In this document: positions 1-28,134 of the stretch, in pieces | Layout of the letters: each line of letters starts with the position of its first letter | Numbering within the stretch: position 1 is the stretch's first letter | Assembly: GCF_009914755.1 (NCBI RefSeq) | Contig: NC_060947.1 | Origin: the human T2T-CHM13v2.0 reference genome, Homo sapiens | Length of the DNA stretch: 64,000 bases | Direction: 5' to 3' (one strand) | Translations under genes and position numbers: made by a program | Notes under the pieces: model-generated | Told to the model about the DNA's origin: nothing | The model's database searches: none | The model's input: the letters and a program-made list of their open reading frames with translations, nothing else

Positions 1-215
1 TCCAGCTCCTCCCTTGAAACCCTGTCTTCCTCTGCTTGCCAGAACACCATTTGCTCCTGCCTTTCTTTTACTCCTTTGGCAGCTCCTTCTCTGGCTCCTT
101 GCTGGCATTTTTCTTTGCTTCTGTTTCCTCCTTAAACATCCACATTCTCAGGGCCCTGACCTCTTCCTCTCCAAACACCCTCTGAGGGAGGTCTTAAAAT
201 TTATAGCCATGGCTT
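1..215 (+). mobile_element. LINE-2 fragment (approximate ends)
   Basis: Pyrimidine-rich L2-like text (ctcctttggcagctccttctctggctccttgctgg). Confidence 0.45.
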
Positions 216-689
216 GGGAAAGGAGGAGACACGGAGTGGGTCTTGAAAGATGCACAGGAAATTTCTGTGGCAGCTGTAAGGCTCATAGGCATGAAGCAGA
301 TGACCTCGCTGAGATAAGGCCAGGCCACAGCCTCCTGGACCCAGAGAAATGTTGGAGAACTTGGCAGGGCTGCAGACAGAGGACATTAAATACATGTCCT
401 GCATTCAGTGATTCTATTCTGCATACTGTATTGACTATCAAGACCTCCTAAATGTACCAGATTCAGCTTTTTAAAATAAATTACTAAAAACTTGGTAGTT
501 GGAGTTACTTTTCAGCCACAGTAATTGGCTCTTAAATTGCCAGTTTAAAGGGGAACACTACTTTTTGCAATGTAAAAAAAAAAATCCTACCTCCCCAAAT
601 AAAGACAATCTGTAAATTGTTCAGACGACTGTCTTTCTGCAGGTTTGGCTGAAGGAAGACCAAAAGGAGTGAAAGAATTAAAAGTACTT

Positions 690-983
<294 letters not shown>

Positions 984-1072
984 TAAAAGTACTTATTTTT
1001 CATATTCAGGAAAGGAAAAGACTGTTCTTTGGCCAAAGTCTCAAGCTGTGAACAGTATTAATTAGTGATAAC

Positions 1073-1074
<2 letters not shown>

Positions 1075-1107
<33 letters not shown>
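1075..1107. repeat. (TG)n microsatellite
   Basis: About 16 perfect TG units. Confidence 0.95.
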
Positions 1108-1110
<3 letters not shown>

Positions 1111-1715
1111 CACTGAAAGCCAATCAGCAAGCAATAGCCTCACTTCAGTAACTGCAGTTCTGAGAGCAAATTAATGACAGCCCAAAACTTCTGAAAGTCT
1201 ATCAGAAATGCCCAGTCCTAAAACTCAGCCAATCAGTGATAACTCCCCAAAGTCAGCCAATCCGAGACAGCCCCACACTTCCAGACATCAGCCAATCATT
1301 GAGCACTCGATCCAGCTGCCATGTTCTAGAAGTCACTCCTTGACAGCAGCTTTAGTCCAGTGAGCACAGCAATGCACTGAAAGTCTGTTAGGCCCTCCAC
1401 ACTCCTGCTTATCAATGCTGGTCAATCCCTGAACTCCAGGCTTCCCATAACCTTCTCAAAGCTCTGGCTTTGTTCTGGAAGACTGTGACTTACAAATACA
1501 GATCTCTGTTGTAGGCGTACAGGAAGTTACTCTTTTTTTGCATCAGATTTCAAGTTCAATTTATTGTTAGTTCACAAGTTCACATCCCATTCAACAGCCC
1601 AACCTCTATTTACAGTTGGTTATAAGTTACAACTTCCTAGTGACAGACATACTTTTCAATTCTTAGAGTGGTTGCTTTATCAATTTTTAAAATTTGTGTA
1701 TATTTGAATCTCAAA

Positions 1716-3829
<2,114 letters not shown>

Positions 3830-3979
3830 CAAACATTGGTATAAATGTAGCTCTAAGGAATCCTTTCTATGTCTATCATGGAATTATGAAAATGAATTAG
3901 TTTTACAATAAGCCTACTGTTACTAATGTAGTAGTCTAAACTTTAAGGCAGTGAGTTTACTTGAATTGAAAGGAATTAC

Positions 3980-4330
3980 TCAGGTTGGAGCAGAGATGTG
4001 TGGAAAGGTCTGCATGAAGTGATGAGTAAACTCCAGTGTGATGAAGGCTGAGAAGACAATAGTTTGGGGATGGGTGAGAATGATGTTGGCTCTATGCACT
4101 GGCAAGAGGGCATAAAGAACAGACTCAAAGAGAAGCAAGGTTCTAGTGAAGATGAGTTGTTATACTCCTACCAAATTAAAGATGTCTGTGGGACATTCAA
4201 GCAGAGATGTGTAGCAGGCAGTTGCAGTTGGATACATGGATTTGGAGCTAGAAAAGAGAAAGGTCTTGTGTTACGAACTAGTGAGAGAGCTATTACAGAG
4301 AAGATAACTGGCATAGCCAACACTGAATAG
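3980..4330 (-). mobile_element. LINE-2 fragment (approximate ends)
   Basis: ggacattcaagcagagatgtgtagcaggcagttg...ggatttggagct resembles reverse-strand L2. Confidence 0.5.
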
Positions 4331-5210
4331 ATAACTGTCTGTATAGACTAGAAAGACTTCCACTTCTGATGCTTTGAGTCTTACTATGTAGCTGCCTATA
4401 TGTTGGGAAGGACCCTGGCCTGAGCATGGCAGATTCTAGGCCGGCTTTTAGGAATGGAATGTATCTTGATGTGGACTCAGGTAACTATATTTGTGTCTGT
4501 TCTGCCTGTGAGGCAAAAAAGGACCTGAGCCAGAGCATGGCTGACCAGAAGCTTGAAAGTAATGAAGAGGACCCTGGGGTATGGGTAGGGGTTTCTGTTT
4601 AAATAAGTGAGGAGTGGCAGGTTGTGTCAAGCAGGGTCAGGTTAAGTGTAATCTTTTATGTGTACTGGGTGGAGTAAGGGCTTTGGTATGTGACGGGCCT
4701 GAACAAAGACTGTGTGTCTCTGGGTGTGACTGGGATAGTCACAGATATGAGCAGAAAAGAAGTAAAGGGCCCTTCATATGACTAGGGGCTGTCCTGATGC
4801 ATGTGAAGAATACTTCAGGGCCAGGTTTGTATGGAGGACTAGCTCCAGGACTGAGGGGCAGGGAGGAGGATCCTGTGCTGGGCAAGGGAGTTTTACAAAC
4901 TTCTACTGGAGATTTTTCAGAAATATCTGTGGATTGATGATGTGGTGTGAACCACAGTAGTATCCAAAACTAAGAAATTTATCTCCATCAGGTTTCACCT
5001 CGACTACACATAAATGTGTGAATTTTTATCGCCACTAACCTGCTAAAGTTCATGGCTTGACAGGGAGAGACATTTCTTACTAGCTGTAGTGCTGAGCTCT
5101 TATAAGTCAATGGTTTTCAAATTACCTGAGGTAAACGACTCATTGTGATAGGATTCAGCAAATATTACATAATATTTTGCATAGAGTATAAGCATTTTTG
5201 TGCAAGCTGT

Positions 5211-9682
<4,472 letters not shown>

Positions 9683-11017
9683 AATATAACCTATCATTTA
9701 TTTTCCAGTTGTTCTGCTTCTGGAGTGGGGATAATGAGAATATTCAGTTACTTATTGAGGTCACTTGCAACTTAGGTACCAGGGAAAGTAAGCTCCAAAT
9801 ATATTAATCCTCCATTCCTTGACCTGCCCTACCCCATTCCCCATGTCAGAGTCATGCATCATAGAGTATCTTTTGGGTATTCAGCAGTCATGCAGTTGCA
9901 ATTCTCTCTCTTGCTCCCGGGGCTCCTCAAGGAAGTTGAATGGCATCAGAGGTTAGAAGGGTAGCAGATGGTGTGGTAAGATGAGCCCAGGTCCCAGGTA
10001 GGATATAGTCCAGTGCGAGTAACAACTCAAAACCTCTGCCAGGTCCTGTAGGTTAACAGACCCCATTGAGACCAATAATAGAGCTTCCAGTGTTTTTTTA
10101 GAGGCAGACAGGAGGAAAGACCAATTGATAACATCATGAGCCCAGCATCTCAAGACTGGAAAATACCTTGGAATTTATGTGAAACCAACTGCCGACCTAA
10201 AGAAGGACTGCCTTCCACTCCTCCCCCAAGGTTCCAGTCAAGGAATAATCCACACTCCTATATAGCTCCATGGATGGAAACCATCATTCCAGGGGTCAGG
10301 GCCTTAGGCTGACATGGAATTGGCTTCCAGATTTGTGTTCGGTTAGATCCAGTAATACAGACTGCCAACTGAGAACTCCCTCCTGTGGTTTTTCCTGATT
10401 GATCTGTCTTCTTTGAGCTTTAAACTCCTTATCCTGTCATCCACAATACCACCTGATTCCCTTGAAAACTCTTCTCTGCCATCATATCCTGCCCCTGTTC
10501 AGAACCATTTAGTGGTGACTCATTGCTGACAGAGTAATATCCGCATTCTTTAGCCTGGCATTCATGCAAGGGCATAGCGAAGAGAGGACATAGGTCCATG
10601 GATGCAAGTTTATGAAAGTGCCACAAAGATGCCAGCCAATAATTTATTTCAACGTTGCATTGAGTAACTATCTATAGATTTGCTGAACATCAGGTGTATG
10701 AATGCACTCTTGTTTTGCTATCTGTTTATTCAATTCTGAGCTATTCTAGCACCAGTGTAAGGAGAGAGGGCACAAACACATTACGTTGAGCCTAGGCACC
10801 ATTTGTGTTCCCCAGTGTTTTCAGACTCACTCCTTCCAGTTTCCTTCCCTTTTAGCTGAGTTGTATGTAGGTACAAGTGCTGTGAGGGAAAAGCTACCTC
10901 CCCATCCTGCTGCAGTGGAAGAGAGAAAGAGTGAGGTGGAATGGGGCTATTCCTTTTATCTGGGTCACTTTTTTCTCAGATAATTGAATGGTTCCCTTCC
11001 TTAGCTCCTTTATTTCC

Positions 11018-11129
11018 TAGAGTGAGTGACTGCCCTGGTTTGCCTATAACCAAGGGATTGCCCAGGGCATGAGATTTTCAGTGCCAAAACCAAGACAGTG
11101 CTGGGAAAACCAGGTGGTTGATCACTCCA
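11018..11129 (+). mobile_element. MER81 (non-autonomous hAT-Blackjack element)
   Basis: About 112 bp with degenerate TIRs (tagagtga...tgatcactcca) and internal ccctggtttgcc / ttttcagtgccaaaacc / gggaaaaccagg, matching the recalled MER81 consensus. Confidence 0.75.
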
Positions 11130-12460
11130 GTTGCTTAATTGTCTACTTAACGGAGGGCTTCCCCTGACCAGCCACTCTGTCTAAAATAATGCACACTCCC
11201 TTCCCCACAATCTCTTTTGTTTTACCTTACTTTATTTTTCCACTTCAGCTCTGTTTGTTTGCTTATTTTCAGTCTCCCTGGTTGCAGTGTAAGCTCTATG
11301 AAGGTGGAATTTTTTTCTATCTTGTCACTAATATATCCTTAACACATAGAACAGTACCTGATACATAACAAGCAATCGATACCTACTGTTGCCTGACATT
11401 CATCCAGTTTGCTTCTAGAAAGCTCGAGATATTTTTGTTTTTTAAAAAATTGCTGAACTGCAAGGCTAGGAGGACTTACTACCTGTCATGGCTACTGGCG
11501 ATCATTTACTCTGCCAGGTGCCCTACTAACAGGGTTTGACCTGTCATTTAAATGTAAATATGGCTTAGGTTCCACTCTGTAATTTTGAGCTGTTTATCCT
11601 GGCAATCCGACCTCCTTAATACCTCTTGTATTCCTCTCTTCTTTAAACCCCATTGTCCTTGCTCTAGATTAGGCCTTAATACCTCTAAAGCACTGACTCT
11701 TAAAACAGATCAAACTCATCACGCTACAATTTGGTTCTAACTTCAGGGCTTTGCTTTAGTTATTTATTCCCTCTTGCTTAGAACATTCTGTCCCCAGATC
11801 TAGTTGTGGGTGGGCCCATTGTTTCATTCGGGTCTCAACTGAAATGTCACCTCCTCAGGGAGACTTTCCCTGACTTACCTATCCAAATAAGCCCCAGCAG
11901 TCACTGTTCTTTTATCCTATTTCATTTTCTCCATAACACCTATTACTTTCTGAAATTAATTATCTTTATTTTTCTTATGTGGCTATTTACTGTTCTCTCT
12001 GCTACTAACTTCATGAACACAGGACTTTTGTCTGTCTAGTTCACTATTCTAACCCCAGAGGCCAGCACAATGCACAGAACATAATAGGAACTTCCAGGCT
12101 AGTCCCCTCCAATCCACCTTGTACAGCAGCCTCTAAAGGGCTGTTCCTAATCTGCAAATCCGATGTCAACCTTCTGCCTAAAATCTTTACAGGCTCTCTT
12201 ACTGTCCCTGGGATAAAGTCAAAGCTTCTCAGTCCAGTGTTCAAGGCTCTCCAGGAACTGTGGGCATGGACAGTCCACAGCTTGTTTTTGGCTTCCCTTC
12301 CCCTCTCCCCAACTTGAACCCTCTAATTCAGAAGACGTACTAAACTGCGTACAGTTCTTGAATCCTCCAGGCTTTTGAAAGCCCACATACTTTCATTCAT
12401 GTTGTTTCCATTGCCTGGGATACCATTACTTTGCCTTGGCACTGAGAAAATCCCTACTCC
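11130..12460 (+). mobile_element. Cluster of LINE-2 fragments (approximate ends)
   Basis: L2 3'-region motifs such as aaatgtcacctcctcagggagactttccctgac, agaacagtacctgatacata and ggataaagtcaaagcttct. Confidence 0.6.
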
Positions 12461-12943
12461 TTCCTGACTGAAGAGAACAGTGTGGTTTATGAACAGCAAT
12501 CTAGTTGGAAGGAGGAGTGTGTTAAGACTTTCTTACAGTTGTATATGTACACCAAAGCCAATGGATTTACTCATCTGGGATATTACTGACTTGAAAATTC
12601 AGCCAAGTCTTCTTAGGATGACTTTTTAGAAGTAGCTATATTGAGGTATAATTTACATGCCATAAAATTCACGTTATAAGTATACAATGCAAAAATTTTA
12701 GTAAATTTATAGGGTTGTGTAATTATTACTGCAATCCAGTTTTAGAACATTTTCATCACCTCCAAAAATTCCCTCCTGTCTGTTTACATTTAATCTGAAC
12801 TCCCACCTCCAGCCCAAGGCAACGATTGATCTGATTTTCATCTCTATAAATTTGCCCTTTCTCTGAATTGTGTATAAATCATATAATAAGTAATCTTTTG
12901 TGTGCATCAGTACTTCATTTCTTTTATTGATGAATAGTATTTC

Positions 12944-14517
12944 TTTTTTATAATTTCAACTTTTATTTTAGATTCAGCGGGTACATGTGTAGGCTTGTCA
13001 CATGGGTGTATTGTCTGATCCTGAGGTTTGGGATGTGAATGATCCCATCACCCAGGTAATGAGTATGATACCCAATAGTCAGTTTTTCAACCTTTACCCC
13101 TCTCCCTCCCTCCCTGCTCCAGTAGTCCCCAGTGTCTATTGCTGCTATATTTATGTCCATGAGTGCCTAATGTTTAGCTCTTACTTATAAGTGAGAATAT
13201 GTGGTATTTGGTTTTCTGTTCCTCTTTTAATTCACTTAGGATGATGGCCTCCAGCTCCATCCATGTTGCTGCAAAGGACATGATTTTATTCTTTTTTATG
13301 GCTGCATAGTATTCCATCGTATATATGTATCACATTTTCTTTTTCCAATCCATGATTGGTGAACACCTAGGTTGATTCCATGTTTTTGCTATTGTGAATA
13401 GAGCTGCAATGAACATATGAGTGCATATGTCTGCTTTGTAGGATGATTTATTTTCTTTTGGATATATACCCAGTAACAGAATTGCTGGGTCTAAACATAG
13501 CTCTGTTTTAAGTTCTTTGAGAAATCTCCAAACTGCTTTCCACATTGGCTGAACTAATTTACATTCCCACCAACAATGTATAAGTGTTCCTTTTTTGCCA
13601 CAGCCTCAGAAGCATCTGTTATTTTTTAACTTTTTCATAATAGCCATTCTGACTGCTGTGAGATGGTATCTCACTGTGTTTTCATTTGCATTTCACTAAT
13701 TATTAGTGATGATGAGTATTTATTTACTTATTTAATTATTATACTTTAAGTTCTAGGGTACTTGTGCACAATGTGCGGTTTTGTTACATATGTATGCATG
13801 TGCCATGTTGGTTTGCTGCACCCATCAACTCGTCATTTACATTGGGTATTTCTCCTAACGTTATCGCTCCCCCAGCCCCCCACCCCACAACAGGCCCTGG
13901 TATGTTATGTTCCCCTCCCTGTGTCCATGTGTTCTCATTGTTCAACTCCCGCTTATGAGTGAGAACATGTGGTGTTTGGTTTTCTGTCCTTGTGATATTT
14001 TGCTGAGAATGATGGTTTCCGGCTTCATCCATGTCCCTGCAAAGGACATGAAGATGATGAATATTTTTTCATACGTTTGTTGGCCACCTGTATGCCTTCT
14101 TTTGAGAAGTGTCTTTTCATGTCCTTTGCCCATTTTTTAATGGGGTTATTTGTTTTTTGCTTGGTGATTTGTTTACATTGCTTATAGATTCTGGATATTC
14201 GACCTTTGTTGGGTGCATAGTTTGTGAATATTTTCCCCTGATTCTGTAGGTTGTCTGTTTACTCTGTTGCTGTGCAGAATCTCTTCAATTTAATTAGGTC
14301 CCACTTGTCAATTTTTGGTTTTGTTGCAATTGCTTTTGGGAACTTAGCCAAAAATTCCTTGCCAAGCTTGAGGTCAAGAAGGGTATTTCTTAGGTTTTCT
14401 TCTAGGATTTTCACAGTTTGAGGCCTTACATTTCAGTCTTTAATTCATCTTGACTTAATTTTTGTATATGGTGAAAAGTAGGAGTCCAGTTTCGTTCTCC
14501 TGCATATGGCTAGCCAC
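12944..14517 (-). mobile_element. Older primate L1 (L1PA13-16/L1PB-like) 3' fragment
   Basis: ORF2 C-terminal remnant 13330..13545. TSD tgaatagtatttc at 12931-12943 and 14518-14530. Confidence 0.88.
13722..14052 (-). mobile_element. Short L1PA7/8-like 3' fragment nested in the previous L1
   Basis: Typical L1PA 3'UTR. TSD gatgatga(g/a)tattt at 13708-13721 and 14053-14066. Confidence 0.88.
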
Positions 14518-14961
14518 TGAATAGTATTTCATTGTATGTATATATCACATTTTGTTAATCCATTCATTTGTCAGTGAACACTTGGGTTACTTTCATCTTT
14601 TGGCTGTTGTGAATAATGCTGCTGTGAACATGGCTGTCAAATATCTTTCCAATAGCCTGCTTTAGCTTCTTTTCAGTATATCAAGCAGTGGAATTGTTGT
14701 ACTGGGCAAGGATTTTTTGAGTAAGATCTCAAAAGCACAAGCAATGAAAACACAAAAATAGACAAATGGACAAATGTGATTACATCAAGCTGAAAACTTC
14801 TGCACAGCTAAGGAAACAATCAATAAAGTGAAGAGACAACCTACAGAATGAGAGAAAGTATTTGCAAACTATGCCTCTGACAAGGAGTTAATATCCAGAA
14901 TATATAAGAAACTCATTTCAATAGCAAAAAAACCCAAATAATCCAATTTAAAGTGGTCAAA

Positions 14962-16318
14962 CATAAACCAATGGAACAGAATAGAGAATGCAGAAATAAG
15001 ACCTCACACCTCACACCTACAACTATCTGATCTTCAACAAACCTGACAAAAACAAGCAATTGGGAAAGGATTCCCTATTCAATAAATGATGCTGGGATCA
15101 CTGGCTAGCCTTATGCAGAAAATTGACACTGGACCCCTTCCTTATACCATATACAAAATTTAACCCAAGATGAATTAGAGACTTAAATGTAAAACCCAAA
15201 ACTATAAAAACTCTAGAAGAAAACCTAGGCAATACCATTCAGGACATAGGCACGGGCAAGGACTTCGTGATGAAGATGCCAAAAGAAATTGCAACAAAAG
15301 CACAAATTGACAAATGGGATCTAATTAAAATAAAGAGCTTCTGCACAGCAAAAGAAACTATCAACAGAGTAAACAGAACCTACAGAATGGGAGTAAATTT
15401 TTGCAATTTACCCATTTGACAAATGTCTAGTATCCAGAATTTATAAGGAACTTAAACAAATTTACAAGAAAAAACAAACAACCCCATTAAATAGTGGGCA
15501 AAGGACATGAACCAACACTTTTCAAAAGAAGACATACACGCAGCCAACAATTATATGGAAAAAAAGCTCAACATCACTGATCATTAGAGAAACAAATCAA
15601 AACCACAGTGAGATACTGTCTCACACCAATCAGAATGGCTACTATTAAAAAGTCCCAAAACAACATATGCTTGCAAGTTTGCAGAGAAAAAGGAACACTT
15701 ATACACTGTTGGTGAGCGTGTAAATTAGTTCAACCACTATGGAAGATAGTGTGGCCGTTCCTCAAAGACCTAAAAACAGAAATACCATTTGACCCAGGAA
15801 TCCCATTACTGGGTATATACCCAAAGGAATATAGATTTTTCTATTATAAAGACACATGCATATGTATGTCCATTGCAGCACTTTTTACAATAGCAAAGAC
15901 ATGGAATCAACCTAAATGCCCATCGGTGATAGACTGGATAAAGAAACTATGGTACATATATACCATGGAATACTATGCAGCCATAAAAAAGAATGAGATT
16001 ATGTTATTTGTAGGGACATGGATGAAGCTGGAGGTCATTATCCTTAGCAAACTAATGTAGGAACGGAAAACCAAATATGGCATGTTCTCACTTATAAGTG
16101 GGAGCTAAATAATGAGAACTCATGAACACAGAAAAGGTAACGACAGACACTGGGGTCTACTTGAGGGTGGGAGGAGATAGAGGAGCAGAAAATAACTATT
16201 AGGTACTAAGCTTAGTACCTGGGTGATAAAATAATCTGTACAACACACCTCCGGGACACACATTTACCTATGTGACAAATCTGCACATGTACCCTTGAAC
16301 TTAAAAGTTAAATAAAAA
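14962..16318 (+). mobile_element. L1PA (about L1PA10-13) 3' fragment nested in L1MA
   Basis: ORF2 C-terminus 15749..16060 and 3'UTR. Imperfect TSD aa(g/a)tggtcaaa on both sides. Confidence 0.85.
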
Positions 16319-16788
16319 ATGGTCAAAAGACCTGAATATACATTTCTCTAAAGAAAACATGCAAATTACCAAGAGCTATGTGAAAAATGTTCAACATCTC
16401 TAATCATCAGGGAAATGCAAATCAAAACCACAATGAGATATTACCTTACCTTCATTAGAATGGTTATTATCAAAAAGACAAAAAATAACTAATGCTGGTG
16501 AGGATGCAGAGAAAATGGAACTCTTACACGCTGTTGGTAGGAATGTAAATTTGTACAACCATTATGGAAAACAGTATGTAGGTTTCTCAAAAAATTAAAA
16601 ATAGAACCACCATTTGACCCAGTAGTCCCATTACTGGGCGTGTATCCAAAGGAAATGAAATCAGTATATCAAAGAGACATTTGTACTCTCATGTTTATTG
16701 CAGCACTATTGACAATAGCCAAGATAAGAAATCAACCCAAATCCTCATCTAGAAATGAATGGATAAAGAAAATGTCTTTATCCATTTA

Positions 16789-16789
16789 T

Positions 16790-16820
<31 letters not shown>

Positions 16821-16860
16821 CACACACACACACACTCACACACACACACACACACACACA
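16789..16860. repeat. (CA)n microsatellite with CT interruptions
   Basis: Seen directly. Confidence 0.95.
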
Positions 16861-18424
16861 ATGGAATACTATTAAGCCATAAAGCAGAATGAAATCCTGT
16901 CATGTGCAGCAACATGGATGAGCTTGGAGGACACTATGTTAAGTGAAATAAGCCAGGCACGGGAAGACAAACACTGCATGATTTCTCTCATATGTGAAAC
17001 CTAAAACAGTTGACTTCATAGAAGTAGGGAGTAGACTAGTGATTACCAAACGCTGGGAAGTGTAGAGAGGGGCGCCAGGAGAAGTTGATCAATGGGTACA
17101 AATTTACAGTTAGACAGGAAGAATAAGTTCTGGTGTTCTATAACACAGTAGGGTGACTATAGCAAATAACAATGTAGTATGTATTTCAAGATAGCTGGAA
17201 GAGAAGATTTTGAATGTTGTCACCACAAAGAAATGATATATGTTCAAAGTCATGGATATAGGAATTACCCCAATAATTACTCCCATTTGATCATTATACA
17301 ATGTATACATGCACTGAAACATCACACTGTACCCCAGAAATATGTACAATTATTTTGTGTCAATTATACATTTAAAAACTAATTAAATAAAGCAAAGTTC
17401 AGACTGTTTCCAAAGCCACTCCAGGTTTTAATTTATCTTTTGAGTCACGTAGGTGCATGCACACAGCCTCAGGACAGGGCAGGATGCTTGTGACCTCTCA
17501 GGCTCCACCCAGGAATATGCTTGTCCCAACCATGACGACAGCCTCAGGATAGTAGAGCCTGAATTGTTAGGTTCTCACCCACTTGCCCACTGTCAAGCAG
17601 TCACTTCCACTGATAATGAGTCTTGTCATGGGCATTGTCTACTGTTCCAAGTCAAGTGAGCTCCCATTGACAGTGGTAGGGAAACTGCAGGTGCTCATTG
17701 CCTGCACCACCCTTGCAGAACTTCTTCGCTTGCCTAGCTAAGGGATGGGGATGGGAGTAACCCAAGGCCAGAATGCCATAGATTTCCACCGTTCTCGTTC
17801 CAAGTTCAGCAGTTTTTAAAGTATAAACACTTCTTAGATTGTTGTATGCCTTTGGGTTCTGAAAGAGTTGTGTTTCATCAATTTTGTCTAGCTTTATAGT
17901 TACTTTTTTTTTGGTAGCAGGATTTGCTGATCTCCTTATTTAGCCATAGCAGGAAATCTCTCAGGATTATTTTAGTCACACTACATAAAATTGAGAAACT
18001 GCAGTTATCTATATTGAAGAATTTAATTAATTATCATTCAATTTATGTGGGATGGATGAGCAGTTGATGGAGCTTATACTGGGAAAGACTAATATTCCAC
18101 AAAGCCACCCCTAAGCCTCTATATTACCTGGTATACACACAAATCTCTCTTTTTTGTTTGCTATTGTCTGTTTATATCTGTCTCCTCTTAGGTCTTGGAA
18201 TGTCTCAGGCCTAGGGATGAGGTCTGAGTGCTCTCTGATTCCCAAACTTCTTCAGCAATAGCCTAGCACAGAGAAGTTTTCTGTAAATGTTAAGATGAAT
18301 GAATCCACCAACTGGGGAAGAGACTCACTGGAGGTGTGACCCACTGACATTATCCCCACAGTGTGGATTATTCCCAGCATGACTCAGCTAGACAGGATGA
18401 AAAACAGCCTTGGAGAAGGACTTG

Positions 18425-18745
18425 GCAAGTTTCTCTGCCACTAACTTACTGTGAGATCCCAGGCAAAGTCTTTTCCCTCTCTAGGTCTCAGCTACTGCAT
18501 CTGAGAAAGGAGAACATTGGAGTGGAGAGTCTTTAAGGTACCTCCTACCTCTGCTTGTCTGTAAGGAATAATAACATTAAATACCATTTATGTATTGGAA
18601 CTTGCATTGGGTACTATGAATACATATATGTGCATACAAATACATATATTTCATCCTTAAAACCCTGCAAAATAGGACTGATTCTCTCCATTTTACAAAG
18701 CAGAGACAGACTTACAGGGGAGAGCTGACTGACCTGTAGTCACAT
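18425..18745. mobile_element. MIR fragments in both orientations
   Basis: MIR core text ctctgccactaacttactgtgagatcccaggcaa..tctcagc..catctgagaaa, and reverse ccattttacaaagcagagacagac. Confidence 0.6.
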
Positions 18746-19347
18746 AGCAGGGGAGAAGGAAATGATGTGTGCCCACACCTACTCGAGTGGATGACAGTAG
18801 AGGAGACTGGACACTCTGTTCTGTACCATCAGCCTTTTGTACCATATGTCTGTTTGCTCTTAGCCCTAGTGGTTCTTGAGCTCTAGCCCTGGAATCCTGG
18901 AGGCACAGGTTTAACCATCCCCTATGCATCCTAAGGATCTTCTGGCTCTAATGTGAGCAGACAGTTAGTGACTAGGTAGGGACCAGATAAGAAAGAAGAG
19001 GATTAAGGGTAGAGACCGAATGCAATGCTCTCTTCCTCTTCTCTTGCTTTTTTGAAGTCTATCCATCTCTGAAGGTCCAGAAGCTTCACTTCCTCAAGAA
19101 GCCCTCCCAGTCTTAAACCTTGTTCCAGAGGATTTGGTGCTATTTTCCTAAGCGTTCCTCCTATGTGGGTGAAGCACTCACTCCAATCAGCCTTGAAGGA
19201 GGACAGGGAGGACATCTCTCTCATAATCTCCACATTTTTCTCCTAGTGTTGCTAGTTTACCATACTTGGGAAATGCTTATTGAGCAACTGGTAGTAGAGT
19301 ATGTGGTTCCACTGTAGAAACCCTGGGTAGAGTGACAGTAAGGCCAG

Positions 19348-19884
19348 ATATAGTGGGTATTTTACTTCTATTTTTGGTCACCAATTCTTTTCTTGTGCTT
19401 GATAATACACTATCTTATGAGGCAGAGCCTATCTGCCACTCGAGAAGCTGAAAAAGCCACCTACTCACTACCCAAACTTCTTTGAAACTAGGGCTTGGGC
19501 ACATGACCAGACTCCACCAGTTACATTAGTATATCCCTTGGCATCAGGAGTTAATGCTTAAAGAAGCAGGGAATGCATGGAATCTATTCTGGTGATGGGT
19601 GAATGCAGCTGAAGATGAGATAATCTGGTTTCCAGAGGCAATGGAAGTGTCCAGTCCACCACTACAAATGGTGGCATCCAGTTTCTAGTGGTGTTGTGAA
19701 CAGTGTTTCCTCTTGGAAACTTCCGAGGTGAGATTTTGGGCATCATTCCTGGCTGTGTTGCTTCTGTACCTGGTTCTCCAGCTCTTTCAGACTCTGTGAA
19801 CTATCTAATACCTGTTTAGCAAATTCCTTTCTACTTAAATCAGCCAGAGCTTATTCCTATTGCTTATAACCAAGAACTGACACA
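19348..19884 (+). mobile_element. ERVL solo LTR (LTR33-like)
   Basis: 3' end aaattcctttctacttaaatcagccagagc..ttgcttataaccaagaactgacaca is typical of LTR33/LTR16. Internal ctagggcttgggcacatgacc. Confidence 0.7.
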
Positions 19885-20124
19885 TTGGGGATTCTAGTCC
19901 TGGTTCTGCCATGAAGAAACAGCTACATGAGGATCTGTCAGAGCTCATCTCTATGTTGTCATTTTGTGCCATGGCTTCTATGAAGGTCAAGATTTTTGGC
20001 TGCATTGCAATAGCTTTATCTTGACTTGATCTTCTGGTACAAGTGCTACTCCATTATTAGTGGGTACTTATACCTTTGAACTGGTTTACAGTGTTTATTA
20101 TAGCGAAACCATTTATTCTAATGT

Positions 20125-20327
20125 AGTGACATGCTTGGTGGTCTATCCAGCATCAATTTTACCCCTCATCCAATATACAGCAGCTATGCAGTTAGGTGGG
20201 GTTGACATAACTTTTATATCCAAGAATGGGCCCATATTTGGCCTAAGCCAGTTAGCACAAACTCATATCCTAGGACACAATGATTGGTTCTGAAATGGAC
20301 ATGCACCCAAATTAGAGTGAACATCAA
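20125..20327 (+). mobile_element. ERVL LTR16-like 5' fragment cut off by L1 copy B
   Basis: ggcctaagccag..tgattggttc..ggacatg..ccaaattagagtga. No continuation is visible beyond the L1. Confidence 0.5.

Positions 20328-28134
<7,807 letters not shown>

Larger units (their letters stand above)
12622..14700 (-). mobile_element. Old L1M (L1MB/ME-like) 3' end, split by younger L1 insertions
   Basis: attgaggtataatttaca... at 12640. Resumes at 14531 after the TSD. Confidence 0.75.
14703..17390 (+). mobile_element. L1MA-type 3' fragment, split by a nested L1PA and containing (CA)n
   Basis: ORF2 C-terminal remnants (14703-14960 and 16320-16882). L1MA-like 3'UTR ending in an A-rich tail at about 17390. 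Confidence 0.82.

Noticed and set aside
14-451. 145-aa ORF with a hydrophobic N-terminus
   Set aside because: Non-ATG start, overlaps a pyrimidine-rich L2-like fragment, and has no recognisable domain or splice structure.
18379-18388. ATGACTCAGC NRF2/AP-1-like motif (and TGACTCA at about 10516)
   Set aside because: Single short motifs are expected by chance in 64 kb and no supporting cluster is present.
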